From Macrostomum lignano (taxonomy: Eukaryota): a DNA stretch of 58,892 nucleotides. Both the position numbers and the translations under genes were made by a program. Below, piece by piece: positions 39,764 through 52,954 of this stretch (its first letter is position 1; each line of letters opens with the position of its first letter). The notes under the pieces were generated by a model. The model was not told where the DNA came from and searched no databases. It saw nothing but the letters and a program-made list of their open reading frames with translations. Location of the stretch: the NCBI GenBank assembly GCA_002269645.1, contig NIVC01004127.1, positions 1 to 58,892 of the forward strand. The letters are read 5' to 3'.

Positions 39764-40275
39764 GCCTGTCAACTTAAGCTTATAAAAGTGGAGCCCGAGT
39801 AACCAATGTACACAAATGATGCATCATTCCGTTCACAGTGTCATTAAGAAGCTTCAGCATTTAGCACAGCTGGAATCTCAGAATTTAGCGCAGCTGGAAT
39901 CTCAGCATTTAGCACAGCTGGAATCTCAGCATTTAGCACAGCTGGAATCTCAGCATTTAGCACAGCTGGAATGGGTTTGGCTTTGGCAAAAAAATGACGA
40001 AAGTTGGACTTGAGATAGCCATAAAGGATAAAGGAGATCGGGAGAAAAAGCGAGGGGATAATAAGGTCAAGAACTCTACCCTACTTTATGAGCTAAAGTT
40101 GACATAATTTTCCAAATTATTCCCTTGCTTGTTTTTCCTTATCCTAAGTCCAACTTTTGTCACTTTTTTGCCAAACCTAGCTTCTTGGTGTCACTGTGAA
40201 ATGTGAATGTCAGAGATGTATCACTTGTGAACATTGGTACTTGGGCTCCACTTTATGAGCTTAAGTTGAAAGGCC
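39764..40275. mobile_element. MITE, copy 1 (TIR GCCTGTCAACTTAAGCTTATAAAAGTGGAGCCC), with an internal 24-bp repeat
   Basis: Inverted termini at about 39764-39800 and 40240-40275. A related copy lies at 43929-44178. Confidence 0.75.
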
Positions 40276-42583
40276 CTTTGTATTTTCTCAGCTATGTGAG
40301 AATGAAATTCTAACATTACAATTTAAAAAACCTAAAAATAGGTTTTGGAGTTATTTTTTATATCCAATTTTTATAAACATGTAGCCGCGATGTAGGCTGA
40401 GGCTAAGGGGCAAGACCTAGTAGGGCTAGGCCTACGCCTACTTTGTGTCATTTGTGATTAGGTTAGGCTAGGCCAAGCAGCTTCCAGACAATCCGGCGAC
40501 AAGATGATCCAGCGACAGACAAACTGGCAACAGTCAAATTGGCGATAGACGATCCAGGGACAGATTTTGTATTGTATATAGATTTTATAGATTTTAGATA
40601 AAAATTTAGATATAAAACAAAACTTTACATGAACTATTCTAGTTTTCAATTTTATACGTAGAGATAAAGAATTCACCTTAGGACAATAATTATATCTTTT
40701 CTAATAAAAATTTTACATTATGTCCGTACTTCTGGCAGTTTAGGATATCACGACTAACATCAAACGCATTTTAGGCCCTAATATATCTGCAGATGATAAA
40801 ACTATATGTAGTGTGTGGCCATTAGTGAAAATATAAAAGAATGCTTTGACTTATTGCAGTTCCCCATTTTTAAAACAATACATGTATATGTATCATAAAT
40901 ATAAGAAAACAAGCTATTGATAGTTGATCCAAATCCACACATTTTGAACCTGATAAATTCCAATTCTCTCAGTTATTTTTGCATACATTCTAATAAAAAA
41001 GTTAATAACAATTATAATAAAAATAATAATCATAATAGTTATAACAATAAAAGCTCTGTTTAATCTGTTTAAATAGCAATCACTGGCTTTCATGTAATAG
41101 CTTTTTACTATAAATTGTTGCCGGACCGGATTGACTGTCGCCGGATTGACTGTCACCATTTTGACTGTCGCCAGATTGTCTGTTGCCGGATTGACTGGAA
41201 ACCAGCCTAGCTATAGCCACCTAGGTCCATCTAGGCAAAGGACATGATATCTTTGTTGCATGTTGATGTTCTATAAAATGCATTGCACTAGGCCTAGTTT
41301 AAGTCATATTGTCAATTTAGTTTTATAAATTAGTATTTAGTCTTGGCCTAACCTTAGCCTTAAATTATTATTTATTTTTAATTTTTAGAACTATCTTTAG
41401 CAACCCAAATTTAACATAGACTTATTATTAGACCCCCAACACTATACTCAACTCAAAGGCAGATTTAGAAATATACCCAACAATAGCCCCCCCCCCCTAG
41501 TCAAAAGTTCTAGTTCCTAGTTATTTCATTACCTGCCATTTTGTCATCTATGATATCTGGGGTGCTCACCTTGACTAGGCCTAAGGTCACTTTGTCATCT
41601 TATTTAGCATGCACTACCTGAAGAGAATCATTTTGTCAATTACCAATTATATTCTAAAGTTCTAATTTCCAAGTGAATTAATGTTGCAATTAAATATATT
41701 TAGGCCTATTTAGAATCTTAATGATCCCAGTCAGTTTGTCATCTCTATGATAAAACCTATTAATTGATTGGTTCTGCTTACTGCAGCTTATAGTTAATAA
41801 AGGCAAAAAATAGTTTCTACTAACTTAAATCTTATATAGATTAGTTGATAACGAAATGTCTAGCATAACTAAATATTTGGTCACTTTGTCATCTTATTTT
41901 TCAAAGCTATTTTATTTCTGGTTACTTCATCATCCAATAAAACAAAATTGAATATATGACAGTCTGACTAGTAACCCTATCTACTAAGCAAACTACCATT
42001 TCTATTTAGATTTTATGAATTTTCAATGAGAAGTTCTGTCTCTAACTAGGCCTGGCTATGTGCAATTTATATAGGTGCTATTTTTTATTAGTGGCAGGGG
42101 GGTTGTGTGCACCCTGGTGCACTTTAAGCCACATAGGCACACTACTGGCAAGAGGCATTACTGCCCATTCCGCTGACTCCCCTGAGCAGGCATACAAGTG
42201 CATGGATATGTACGCCGGCATATACTAACATAGGATTTTCATAGAGTGAAGTTTTCCCTGCAACAACTTGGTGGCATAATTCAGAAGATAGGACTAAGCC
42301 CTATAACATAAGCTCTTGTTGAAAAGGATCCAAAATTTTATGTCTAAGACCTTGTTGACTTTGTAAAAATTGAAAAAATAGCAAAGGAACAAAATTTTGA
42401 CTGAGGATTTGCACCTTTAAAAAGTTTCTACTGCCATAGAAACAACTTTTTCAATAAGCTCAAGGTGGAACATAAGATAGTAGATATAAATGAACAATAC
42501 TAGTATAAAGAAAACAATAGGTGCTAGCTTGGCCAAGGAGATGTATAACTATTTGATTTGTAGATAGTTAAGGGACTATTATA

Positions 42584-43926
42584 TGAGGGTCATCCCAAAA
42601 GTTTCAGCAAACGCTTATTAATTTTCAACAAACGAGTGTCAGAACAATGAACATGTCAAAAACCTTCAAAATAACTTCGTTGACTTGAATTGTGCGCTCC
42701 CAGCGGCCAGGCAACTTTTAAACGCCATCAGCAGCGCCGGATTCGCACAGGTCTTTTGCAATGCGGCCGACCTCGCTGATCAGGTCATCCAGGCAATGGA
42801 AACAATGCCCTCAGAGCTGGTTCTTAAGCTTCGGAAAAAGGTCGAAATCGCAGGGACTGAGGTCTGGGGAGTAAGGAGGATGAGGCAGCACCTCCCACTG
42901 GTAGTCCCGCAGTAGGTCCTGCACAATGCGGGCTGTGTGCAAACTGGCATTGTTGTGCAGAAGAAGTGGACCAAGTTCCAGGGTTTGTGGCCGCTTTTTG
43001 CGCAAGGCAGGCCGAAGATGGTGAATAATGAAGCTCCAATAGTACTGTTGGTTGATGTTTTGGCCCTCAGGAACGCGGTGGATAAGAATAATGCCAAAGC
43101 TGTCGTAGCATGCGATGATCATCATCTTGTCGGCTCCCTTGGCGCGCCGCAGAACTGATGGTCTTGATGGCTAGGCAGAACCTTTCGACTGCCACTCGGA
43201 ATTCTGACTTTTGAGATTGGGCTCGTACGAACAGATCCAAGTCTCATCAAGCGTGACAATACGGTCTAGGAAAGCCAAACCCTCTCTCCTGAACCGATGC
43301 AGAAGCTGCTGAGCAGTTGTCACCTGGCGTGCCTTGTTGTCATCCGTGAGATGGTGCGGCACCCACCTGGCTGTGACCTTTTGCAGTCCAAGATCCTGGA
43401 TGAGGATCCGATGCACACTCGACGAGGGGATTCCGGACAGCTCAGCCATTTCTTCGCATATCCAACGGCGATTGATGTTCAGCAGCCCTTGGATCAACTC
43501 GATGTTCGACTCTGTGCGAGCTTCTTTTGGCCTTCCAGATCGTGGGTCATCCTCGACATCAGAGCGGCCATTCTTGAATCGACTGTACCAGTCGTACACG
43601 GCTCGCTGGCTCATCGCATTTGGCCCATGGGCCTGCAGCAACTGATGGTGAATTTGAGCTGCAGGGACACCACGAAGACATTCCATTTTAGTGTATGAGC
43701 GCTGCTCAAAGTTTGACGGAAATTCCATTTTATCATTGTCGGCCGATGTTTGATTTAGTATCTCACAAAATGTTCTTTATAAAACAGAATTTTGCAGCTA
43801 GAATGCTAAAAACTGACTCAGACACCCAAAATATGCTCATCTTTCGTGTGGTATAAGTGCTGTAGTCCTAAAAGTTGTCTATGGCACAAAATCATTCGAT
43901 TGCTGAAACTTTTGGGATGACCCTCG
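42584..43926 (-). mobile_element. Mariner transposon (irritans-like CGAGGG TIR), full length, inactivated
   Basis: 27-bp TIR (T/C)GAGGGTCATCCCAAAAGTTTCAGCAA with TA TSDs at 42582-42583 and 43927-43928. The transposase from 43728 has WVPHHL, DETW and YSPDLSPCDF motifs, in-frame stops at 43171-43173 and 42811-42813, and HDNA changed to HNNA. Confidence 0.95.
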
Positions 43927-43928
43927 TA

Positions 43929-44178
43929 TGTCAACTTAAGCTTATAAAGTGAGTTGCATTATTTCAAACTGCAACTAGAAATAACTAATTTTGCTAATTT
44001 GCTAACTAATAACTAATCTATCTAGAGTCCCTGTAATTATCCCCTTGCTTGTTCTCTATCCCAAGTCCAATTTTAGTCACTGCCAAACCTTGCTTCCTGG
44101 TATCACTGTGAGCAGAATGTATCATTTGTGTACATAGGTTACTTGGGCTCCACTTTATGAGCTTAAGTTGACAGGGCC
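43929..44178. mobile_element. MITE, copy 2 of the 39764 family, abutting the mariner
   Basis: TGTCAACTTAAGCTTATAAAGTG ... GGGCTCCACTTTATGAGCTTAAGTTGACAGGGCC. The internal sequence is similar to 40110-40275. Confidence 0.7.
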
Positions 44179-45159
44179 TTTAACCATGCATCATTGTGTA
44201 ATATAAGAGAGAAAATAAATGAGAGTAAAAGAAGACTGCAAAAGGAGACTGCAAATTACATTTAAAAAAACCTGGCTCCCCAGTATACACAGCATTATAT
44301 TGCCCAGGACCTTTTTTATATATAATAATTTTCTCAAAAAAAGCAAAATTAGTTATTTATAGTTGCAGTTTTAAATTAGTTTTAGCTTTGATAAGATCAT
44401 AATTTTATTCCTTATCTAGGTTTTATATGACTGGTTTTAAATTCAAGCTTTATTTATAAATATTATGGGCTAGAATTATTATTTAATCTAATTTTTAGTA
44501 GGTTTCCATGCCTTGTTTAAAGTTAGGGTTGATAAAAGCAATCATTATAAAAATCCTTATATCCTGAAACCACCCATTGACCATGCCCTAATGGTTGGCT
44601 ATTGACCATTTGGTTGGGTTAAGTTTAGGTTGATGAAATCAATTCTTATGAAAAATCCCTCATCTCAAAACTATAGTTGTTGGCTTTAAGCTGAGTATTG
44701 GCTTTAAGTGTAACTAATTGCAGTTTGTAGTATGCAACTAAAACCCACTTATACAGATCTGGCTAAGAGTGACCTGTAACTCATTGGCAGGCTATTATTA
44801 CACAAAAGGGTAACTATTTTGTTGGACAAATATAACATGATTTTTATCTATTCTAGCTAATTATAGTTCATTAAAAGTACAAGAACCTTCTAAACGACCA
44901 AATGCTATCTGGTTAATTGTCTGTCATTTTTCTACTTTTTAGACAAATTTTCCAATGGATATTCCATCATCTCATTGCAGCTAACAATAGCCATTATGCT
45001 AAAGGCAGTCACATTTTTTTGTCAGACAATTACCCATCTAAATGCACCCAGTGCAACACCAGCTTGCTTAATTTCTATTGCTAAGCGATTGCTTAGCTAT
45101 CAATACAATAGTGGAGAAAAACAAAAGCACAGGCAAACCAGCATTAGTGACAATGCTGG

Positions 45160-47839
45160 AGCTAGAATAGTAGATTTTCGTAGCGATGTGCTGAGCAAAC
45201 CAACACCGGGTATGATGAAAGCAATGATTGAATCAGTTAGCTATGGAGACGATGTGTTTGGCGAGAATACCACTGTGATGGGTAAGTGTTTCTGGCATGT
45301 GTATTTATTAGTGCAAATCCTGTGCTTTTAAGCCACTTTTAGTTTTAGTGTCAGAAAAGACGTCATTTTAGTGTCAGAGATGCCCATTTTAGTGTCAGAG
45401 ATGCCACTTTTAGTGTCAGAGATGCCATTTTTAGTGTCAGAGATGTCACTTTTAGTGTCAGAGAAGAAGAAGACGCCACTTTTAATGTCAAAGATGCCAC
45501 TTTTAGTGTCAGAGACGCCAGTTTTAATGTTAGAGACCCTGATGTGTTCCTTATTACCAGTCCTCAACCGTAATCAAGGAACAATCACTTCTAGCTCAGT
45601 AGCTAGGCAACCCAGTATGTCAACAGAAGGTATTCAATTACCTTGAGTCCTTAACTGAGAGCTCTCGTCAATACTCCTTGTTCGTTGATCTCGCTATCAG
45701 TAGCGTCTGTCCTTCAGGAATTCCGGGCGCCGGTCAACAGTTGATCTGGTCCGCTCTTGCAGTTGTCTCCTTGACTTCTTGCCGGCCGGTAATCTGTAGT
45801 TCGGACCAATCGGAAGCCTACTCCTTCTAGTAGTGCCTCTATGCACTCTAGGTATGGCTCCGGAAACCACTGATAGTCCTCTAAGATCTATCAGGGGCAG
45901 TCCTTCTGGAGACTGCAACCAGTAGAGTCTAAACAGACTCAGGAGTCTCAACAGACTCACAATAAACTCAAGTCACTCTTGGACTTGAGCGAGACGTCTC
46001 TAACAACAACGGCGCAAATGAGTAAGGCTTACCGCAGGAACTCGACCACGTCTTCGAGTTGCTTCAGGAAGTCTGCTGCAGAGCTTCCTCTTCGGAGCTT
46101 TCTCTCTCGGAGATTCTTGGCTCCGGGTCCGTTCCGGACCACTTGTATTTATAGGCGTTCAGACCTCTCTCGAGGTCGTACATCACTGTCTTCGCAAATG
46201 TCAAAGGGTCACGATTCGGTGGCTGTCAAGCATGACAGGGTAGAAAGTTGCGCAACTAGTCTATTGTAAAAGCGCATGATTGGTTACCGTAGCTGGTAGA
46301 CTTTGATTGGTTCATCCGGGTGCAACCCGAGTGCAAACCAAATGATGACTTGAAGGTGGGGTTTGAATTGACAGTTGTTGGTCGCACGTGATTGGGTGAT
46401 TTCTAAAATTAGCATGCTCGAGGTCTCTCTCTTCCTATTGGTTAGTCCGAATATACTTATAGTTCAAAGCATACCTTATTCATGCTCTTCAATTTACTAC
46501 TAAATAAAATGTGTGAGTAGTACGTTAACACTTTTATGTCTTTTTTACGAAAGGTAGAACACTCTACAACCCCACTTTTAGTGCCAGAGACGCCACTTTT
46601 AGTGTCAGGGATGTCACTTTTAGTTCAGGGCCTCCACTGTTTTCGAAGCAACTTCAGCGCTTTTAGAAGATAAACTAATGTGCTTACATGTCTAATTTTA
46701 TTTCTAAAAAATGAACAGAACTGGAGTCGCGAGTCGCTAAAATGCTTGGCCAAGAAGCTGGACTATTTGTCACTAGCGGCACTATGGGCAACTTACTGCC
46801 CGTGATGTCGCACTGTAGGGAGCGAGGTTCAGAAGTTATCTTGGGCGATCTGTGTCATATTCATCTGTACGAACAGGTATTCTATTAACTATTTGAACTG
46901 ATTGAATAGCTGTATATAAAAATGTATTGATTTGATATTTTACTAGCCTGACAACAATCTTTGTCTTGCTCTAATCTCGAGTACTTTCCTCTTTGTCTAC
47001 TCTACTACTCTACTTCCATTGCTAAGGTCTTTGTTTTGCACTACTTTCGGTGCTAAGGTCTTTGTCTACTCCACTTCCATTGCTAAGTTCGTTATGTTGT
47101 ACTACTTCCAGTACTGAGGTCTTTGTCTACTTTACTTACATTGCTGTATTTTTCTTGCAGTACTTCCGGTGCTAAGGTCTTTGTTTTGCACTACTTTCGG
47201 TACTAAGGTCTTTGTTCACTCTACTTCCATTGGTGCCTATGTCTAGTATACTCCCGGGGCTAAGATCTTTGTGTTGCACTACTTTCAGTACTTGAAGTCT
47301 TAATCTTCCATTATTTAGGTCTTTGTTTTACTCTATTTTCGTTGCCAAAGTCTTTATTTTTGCCCTGCTTCCAGAATTGAGGCCCTTGTCTCGCTAACCT
47401 ACCTGTACTAAGGTCTTTGTCTCATTTGATTACCTGTATTAAAGTCTTGCATCGCTTAAGGACACTGCTTGAGGTCTTTGTCTCGAAACAATTTTGTCGT
47501 CTCCTCAGGTCTTTATAGAAGCTCAATGTTTTTATAACAAACAAATAAACATTTTCTCCATAGGGAAGTTTGGCCTCATTCGCCGGCGCGCACCACAGGG
47601 CGGTCAGCACCAATCCTGACGGCACCCTCTGCCTGGAGCAGTGCCGGCGCCTGATCCGCACCAATGCGGAGGACCCGCACTATCCAATCACCAGGGCGCT
47701 GTGCCTGGAGAACACGCACGGACTGGCCGGCGGCAAAGTGCTTCCCGTGGCTTACTTTGCCGAGGTGAGGGGATACGTATCGGTGTCTTTGTCTGTCTGT
47801 CTGTCTGTCTGTCTGTGTGTCTGTGTACTGTGGATCTTT

Positions 47840-47876
<37 letters not shown>

Positions 47877-47878
47877 TT

Positions 47879-47935
<57 letters not shown>

Positions 47936-50900
47936 GTGTCTGTCTGTGTGTGTATCTGTCTGTCTGTCTGTCTGTCTGTGTGTCTGTGTACTGTGTATCT
48001 TTGTGTCTGTCTGTGTGTGTGTGTCTTTCTGTCTGTCTGTGTGTCTGTCTGTCTGCCTGTCTTTCTGTTTGTCTGTCTCTGTTTGTCTGTCTCTGTTTGT
48101 CTGTCTCTGTCTGTCTGTCTGTCTGCCTGTCTTAGTGTCTGTCTGTCTGCCTGGCTGTCTGTCTGTCTGTCTGTCTTTCTGTAATTATCTCTCTGGGAGT
48201 CTGTCTGTAACAAAGTCTTAGTTTTCTGTCTTTCTGTAAGTTTTAGTCAATTTATCAATTTTATTGTCAATCCATACAAGACGAATACTGTACGCAGGCG
48301 AGCACTCATATACGCTCACACTGGGTGTACAGCGGTCCCACATTTGCATTTCAAATTGTCAGGCCTTGGTGGCTGGCCCTCATGGGTGTGAATGGCTGAA
48401 CAGCACATACAATAACAATTTTCGTGCACCACAAGCCCCAAATGATGTGGCCTCACACGGAGTGGAACCAGGGTAAGGGTCGTGGCGCGAGACGCGTTTA
48501 CCGCTAAACTGGCTCTTCCCTCCCCTAGCCAATGTTTGCCTGTCCGCCATCACTCCTATGCAATAAATTTCCCTATGCACTCCAACATTCGCAGGCCAGA
48601 GAGCTCTGCAACAGGTACGGCATGAAGCTGCACGTTGATGGAGCCAGACTGATCAATGCAGCCGTGGCTTTGGGTATCGACCCTATTGAGTATGGCAGAT
48701 ATGTCAGTTCAGTGACTATTTGCTTCTCAAAGGTGAGAATCTGAGGATCTAGTTCAGGGGTTGCAAGCTGTTTTCTTTTACCTCAAAGGCCAGATAAAGA
48801 ACCCAGCTCATAGCGTCGGGCTATGTAAGAGAGAATAGAGGATGAAAGAGGGGAGGAGAAGAGAGAGGGAAGAGAAGGGAAAAAGAGAGAAGATAGAAAA
48901 AGAGAGGAGAGAAGAGAGGAAAGAGGGGAGAGAAGAGAGGAGATAGAAGAGAGGAGAGAGAAGAGAGGAGAGAAGAGACAAAGAGGGAAGAGACGAGAAA
49001 GAAAAGAGGGGAGAGAGGAGAGGAGAGACAAAAGAGGGAAGAGAAGAGAGGAGAGGGGAGAGAAGAGAGGAGAGGAGAGAGAAAAAGAGGGAAGAGAAGA
49101 GAGGAGACGAGAGAGAATAAAGAGGGGAGAGAAGAGAGGAGAGGAGAGAGAGAGAAAAAGAGGGGAGAGAAGAGAGGAGAGGAGACAAAGAGGGAAGAGA
49201 AGAGACGAGACGAGAAAGAAAAGAGGGGCGAGAGGAGAGGAGAGACAAAAGAGAGAAGAGAAGAAAGGAGAGAGGAGAGAAGAGAGGAGAGAGGAGAGAA
49301 GAGAGGAGACGAGAGAGAAAAAAGATGAGAGAAGGGAGCTGAGAAGAGCCAAGCCTTGAGCGGGTCGGATTGCTATTGTGAAGTTTCAAAAGACCCAAGC
49401 GCCGAATAAAGAGGCTTCGCGGGTTTAAATTCGCCGCCCCCTGATCTCGTAGATGCAACTATGAATTCCTAGCAGTTTTTCTGCATGAATTCATTTCTCT
49501 GTTTTTTTCCAGGGTCTCGGCGCACCCGTCGGGTCCTGCATCGCATCGGATGCTGATACTATTAGTTAGTAAGTGCTGTCTATGTACTCTACGTGTACAC
49601 TGAATAACTCTCAGAATTGAAATTCCAAGCTGGCATTAGTCGGAAAAGTTCAAAATTGAATCCATCAAGGCTGAGTACGGAGTTGAAAATAACTTAGTAT
49701 TTTCTTGTTCTAAATTTTTGGCGCCTGTCAAAATAATTTCAGTTGCCGTCGAATTCGCAAAGCGCTCGGCGGCGCCGCCAGACAGCCTGGACTTTTGGCC
49801 GCTGCGGCCAGCTATTCGCTGGACGTAGCCAAGGACACCCTGTCAGCTGATCACGCCAATGCCCAGCTGATCTATTCAGGTTAGTTGGAAATTGTGCCAA
49901 TTTTTATTCACTTTTAGTTTAGTCAAAAAGAATTTTAAGGCAATTAAAAACGATAGTCATGTTGGTACAAAAGATGAGAGCCACATGATGCTACAATTTC
50001 TACAGATTTAAAAAATGCTACGAAGAGCTACAGAATTCCAAAAAGAGCTATTGGGTTCTACAAAGAGCTAGAGTGCTACAAAGAGCTACAAAATGTTACA
50101 AAGAGTTAAAGAGTGTTAGAAAGAGCTACAGTGTGCTACAAAGAGCTCAAGAGTGCTACAAAGAGCTACAGTGTGCTACAAAGAGCTACAGTGTGCTACA
50201 AAGAGCTACAGTGTGCTACAAAGAGCTACAGTGTGCTACAAAGAGCTACAGTGTGCTACAAAGAGCTACAGAGTGCAGAGTGCTACACAGAGCTACAGGG
50301 TGCCACACAGAGCTACAGAGTGCAAAGTGCTACACAGAGCTACAGGGTGCAGAGTGCTACACGGAGCTACAGAGTGCAGAGTGCTACACAGAACTACAGG
50401 GTGCAGAGTGCTACACGGAGCTACAGTGCAGAGTGCTACACGGAGCTACAGAGTGCAGAGTGCTACACGGAGCTACAGGGTGCTAAAAAGAGCTACAGAG
50501 TGATACAAAGAGCTACAGAGTGCTACAAAGATCCACAGGATACCACAAAGAAGTACAGAGTGCTACAAAGAGCTACAGAGTGCTGCAAAAAGCTACAGAA
50601 TGCTACAAAGAGCTACAGAAGGCTACACAGAGCTAAAGAATGCTACAAAGAGCTATAGAAGGCTACAAAGTGCTACAGAGTGACACAAAGAGCTATAGGA
50701 TGCTTCCAAACCTAGTTATATGTGTTATTGTGGTCAAAATACAATAAAGTTTTTCTCAATCTCATTCCGCACAGGTGTGTCGCAGGTCAACCTACCCGAC
50801 TGGCTGGTGTTTGAGAAGCCGCAGACCAATGTAATGCAAATTAAACTTACTAAGGATGCTCCAATAAGTATCGACCAACTGCAGACTATTATTGAAGAGG

Positions 50901-51594
50901 TAAGCCAGTCTTAAAAAGCTTTGATCTCTTAATCGGTAGACTGTTTAAACAGATATGTTTAATTATTAATTAGTTTCTTTTCAGTAGTCCTTGATGATCT
51001 CTAGTTTACTGTATAGGCATTATTGCACTGCAGTCTGGAGAGTAATTGGGTTGACCTTTTTTGTCTCCTCATAACCTACACACACGCCTGTTGTATGTCG
51101 AAATAGTTAACTCGTTTATTATATTATATTAGTTACTATCTTAATTAGTTTGTTTCAAAGATCGTTATGTTAATATTCTACCCCAAATCACTTTCTTAAT
51201 TCTAAAATTTACATATTCCAGGGCTTCTATATTGATGATAAGAATAATATATATACTCCTACGAGGGCTGCATGGGGCTTCATCATACACACGCTCACAC
51301 AGGGTTGTACAACGGCCTTTTTCCTAATCCCCATCAGACATGTACATCCGGGTGTGAATTCCACAAGCACGAAATCCAGCACCAACCACCAGCTCCGGAA
51401 CTAATAATTCACATCGAATCCTGTTTCATTTTCTCCAGCCAACCGACTCCTGCAAGATTCGTTTACGAGCTCCCGCCGTCTCTGAGACCATCATTAGATT
51501 GCTCACTCACAACGATCTGACCCGTCAGGACTGCCTGTTGGCCGTTGAGAAGCTGAAATACGCCTTGCAGAATGTTGTGGATCTTCAAAAATGA
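45160..51594 (+). CDS. tha1: Low-specificity L-threonine aldolase (PLP-dependent); exons ~45160-45281, 46719-46876, 47564-47764, 48595-48732, 49513-49568, 49743-49879, 50775-50899, 51439-51594; start codon not resolved
   Basis: [14 protein letters not shown]...[42 protein letters not shown]|GLGAPVGS (PLP lysine) and [12 protein letters not shown]. All GT-AG junctions are phase-compatible. Confidence 0.93.
45335..45540. repeat. 21-bp minisatellite (TTTTAGTGTCAGAGATGCCAC), resuming at about 46570-46625
   Basis: The tandem copies are interrupted by about 1 kb of unrelated sequence. Confidence 0.85.
47000..47430. repeat. Degenerate repeat of about 31 bp (CTACTTTCGGTGCTAAGGTCTTTGT...)
   Basis: Recurrent CTAAGGTCTTTGT cores in aldolase intron 2. 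Confidence 0.65.
47780..48200. repeat. (TGTC)n/(TG)n microsatellite in aldolase intron 3
   Basis: Direct reading. Confidence 0.95.
48290..48515 (-). mobile_element. Probable tRNA-derived SINE; its 3' part recurs at about 20205-20260 and 51290-51330
   Basis: Minus-strand head GAGCCAGTTTAGCGGTAAACGC...GGTTCCACTCC is A/B-box-like. The motif CTCACAC[A/T]GG..TGTACA[G/A]CGG is present at three places in the window. Confidence 0.5.
48755..49443 (+). mobile_element. Non-autonomous hAT-like element with an AG-only interior (same family as 28591)
   Basis: Ends CAGGGGTTGCAAG and TTCGCCGCCCCCTG. Flanks ATCTAGTT / ATCTCGTA form a degenerate 8-bp TSD. The 3' 90 bp aligns with 29105-29193. Confidence 0.8.
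50015..50700. repeat. About 20-bp minisatellite (GCTACAAAGAGCTACAGTGT) in aldolase intron 6
   Basis: Tandem copies with longer sub-variants. Confidence 0.9.
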
Positions 51595-52458
51595 ATCTGA
51601 CTGTCCATTATTAATTAAAGATTAATCTGCTACAAAGAGCTACAGAATTCTACAAAGTGTTACAGAGTTCTGTAAAGGGCTAAAGTGTTCTACAAAAAAA
51701 CTGCATGGTGCTAAAAACAGTTACAACCAGCTTTGTAGCTCTTTACATTGAAAAACATGCCTTGCAGAATATTGTTGAGATAATTTTTTAAAGATTTGAT
51801 TATTTTAATTAAAAAATAGTTAACTTTCTCTCATTAACACACATCCGGTGCTTTCATTTTTTGTGAATTTTTCAATAATATTTTACAGATATTCGTAAAT
51901 ATAGTTTATATGTACAACAACTAATTGATTGCTTAGGTGACTGTCACTGATTGCAATATTGAAATATTTTTTTCGAGGATTTTTTAGCGTAAAGTGCTAA
52001 GCCGTGCTTAATACCACGTTTTAGCATCTATAATGTTTTCATTATTTTTCAAAGATTACTATGCTGTGCAAATTGCTATATCTTATTGCGCCCCATTGTA
52101 TGCTTGAATTAATTGATAGAATTTTTCTAATTATATTTTCTGTTCAAAAAATACAATGAAAGAAATTTTATCTCGACGTATTGCTCTTTGTGTTTTTGAT
52201 AAATTTATTTAATTTTTATTATAGCAAACAAGGTCTACTCTTGTGGATGATAGAATTGCCTCAGCGCTAGCGCTGTATTTGCAATACATCTGTCATTATG
52301 ATAAATAGTTTAGATCATTATATCATATACCACCAGTTATATTAATATCATAGTCATAAATCTTACCAAACTACCGGTACAAAACTTTATGCTCTTCAAG
52401 CAAATTATCTGCAAATAATTAAAAATTGTTCTAAAAAATCGACTAGTAAACACCCGAG

Positions 52459-52528
52459 ATGTCTGCTTTAACTCCTCGAATGTCGGGAGCAATCGTCTGC
52501 CTCCTAGTGCTTATCGTCGGTGTACCAG
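52459..52528 (+). CDS. Constant first coding exon (signal peptide) of the MAM-like variable-exon gene
   Basis: ATG at 52459 reads MSALTPRMSGAIVCLLVLIVGVP, with a hydrophobic h-region and a canonical CAG|GTAAGT donor in phase 1. Confidence 0.8.
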
Positions 52529-52604
52529 GTAAGTGCAACGCTTTCGTTGCTTATTAAAATTACCCAATCAAAATATGAAAGACTTTAAATAAAGTATTCA
52601 ATAT

Positions 52605-52626
52605 TTGGCAAGGCTCGTTGCTCCAT
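52605..52626 (+). promoter_or_regulatory. Putative splicing docking site (TTGGCAAGGCTCGTTGCTCCAT)
   Basis: It is the reverse complement of a motif found upstream of all 12 downstream paralogous exons. The sequence match is seen directly; the function is inferred. Confidence 0.8.
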
Positions 52627-52954
52627 TCTCTATATAGTTGAAAAATTGGCTAATATGATAAAATAATTTTTTTCGAATGAGTTGCCTGAGTAGTTTAAAA
52701 ATATTGTCTTTAAATTTTTTTGAATGGGGCTAAGATGCGCATTTTTTCACGAATTTGTGATTCATTGTAACAAAACAAAATATGATAATTAATTATCTAA
52801 TTAATTTGCTTGAATTTATATTTAAAATCAGTAGCTTTAAGTTATTATAATGCGATTAGGAGTTAACGAGATTCTTTCATATCATACGCTCGTACATGAT
52901 CAATGTGTTTGCAAAAATTGTTGCTCTAGCGTGCATCGATTGCGCCTACTCTAG

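Noticed and set aside
8141-50700. Apparent clustering of satellite periods near 20-21 and 30-32 bp (helical turns)
   Set aside because: Periods of 16, 23, 24, 28 and 81 bp also occur, and the sample is too small to claim enrichment without genome-wide statistics.
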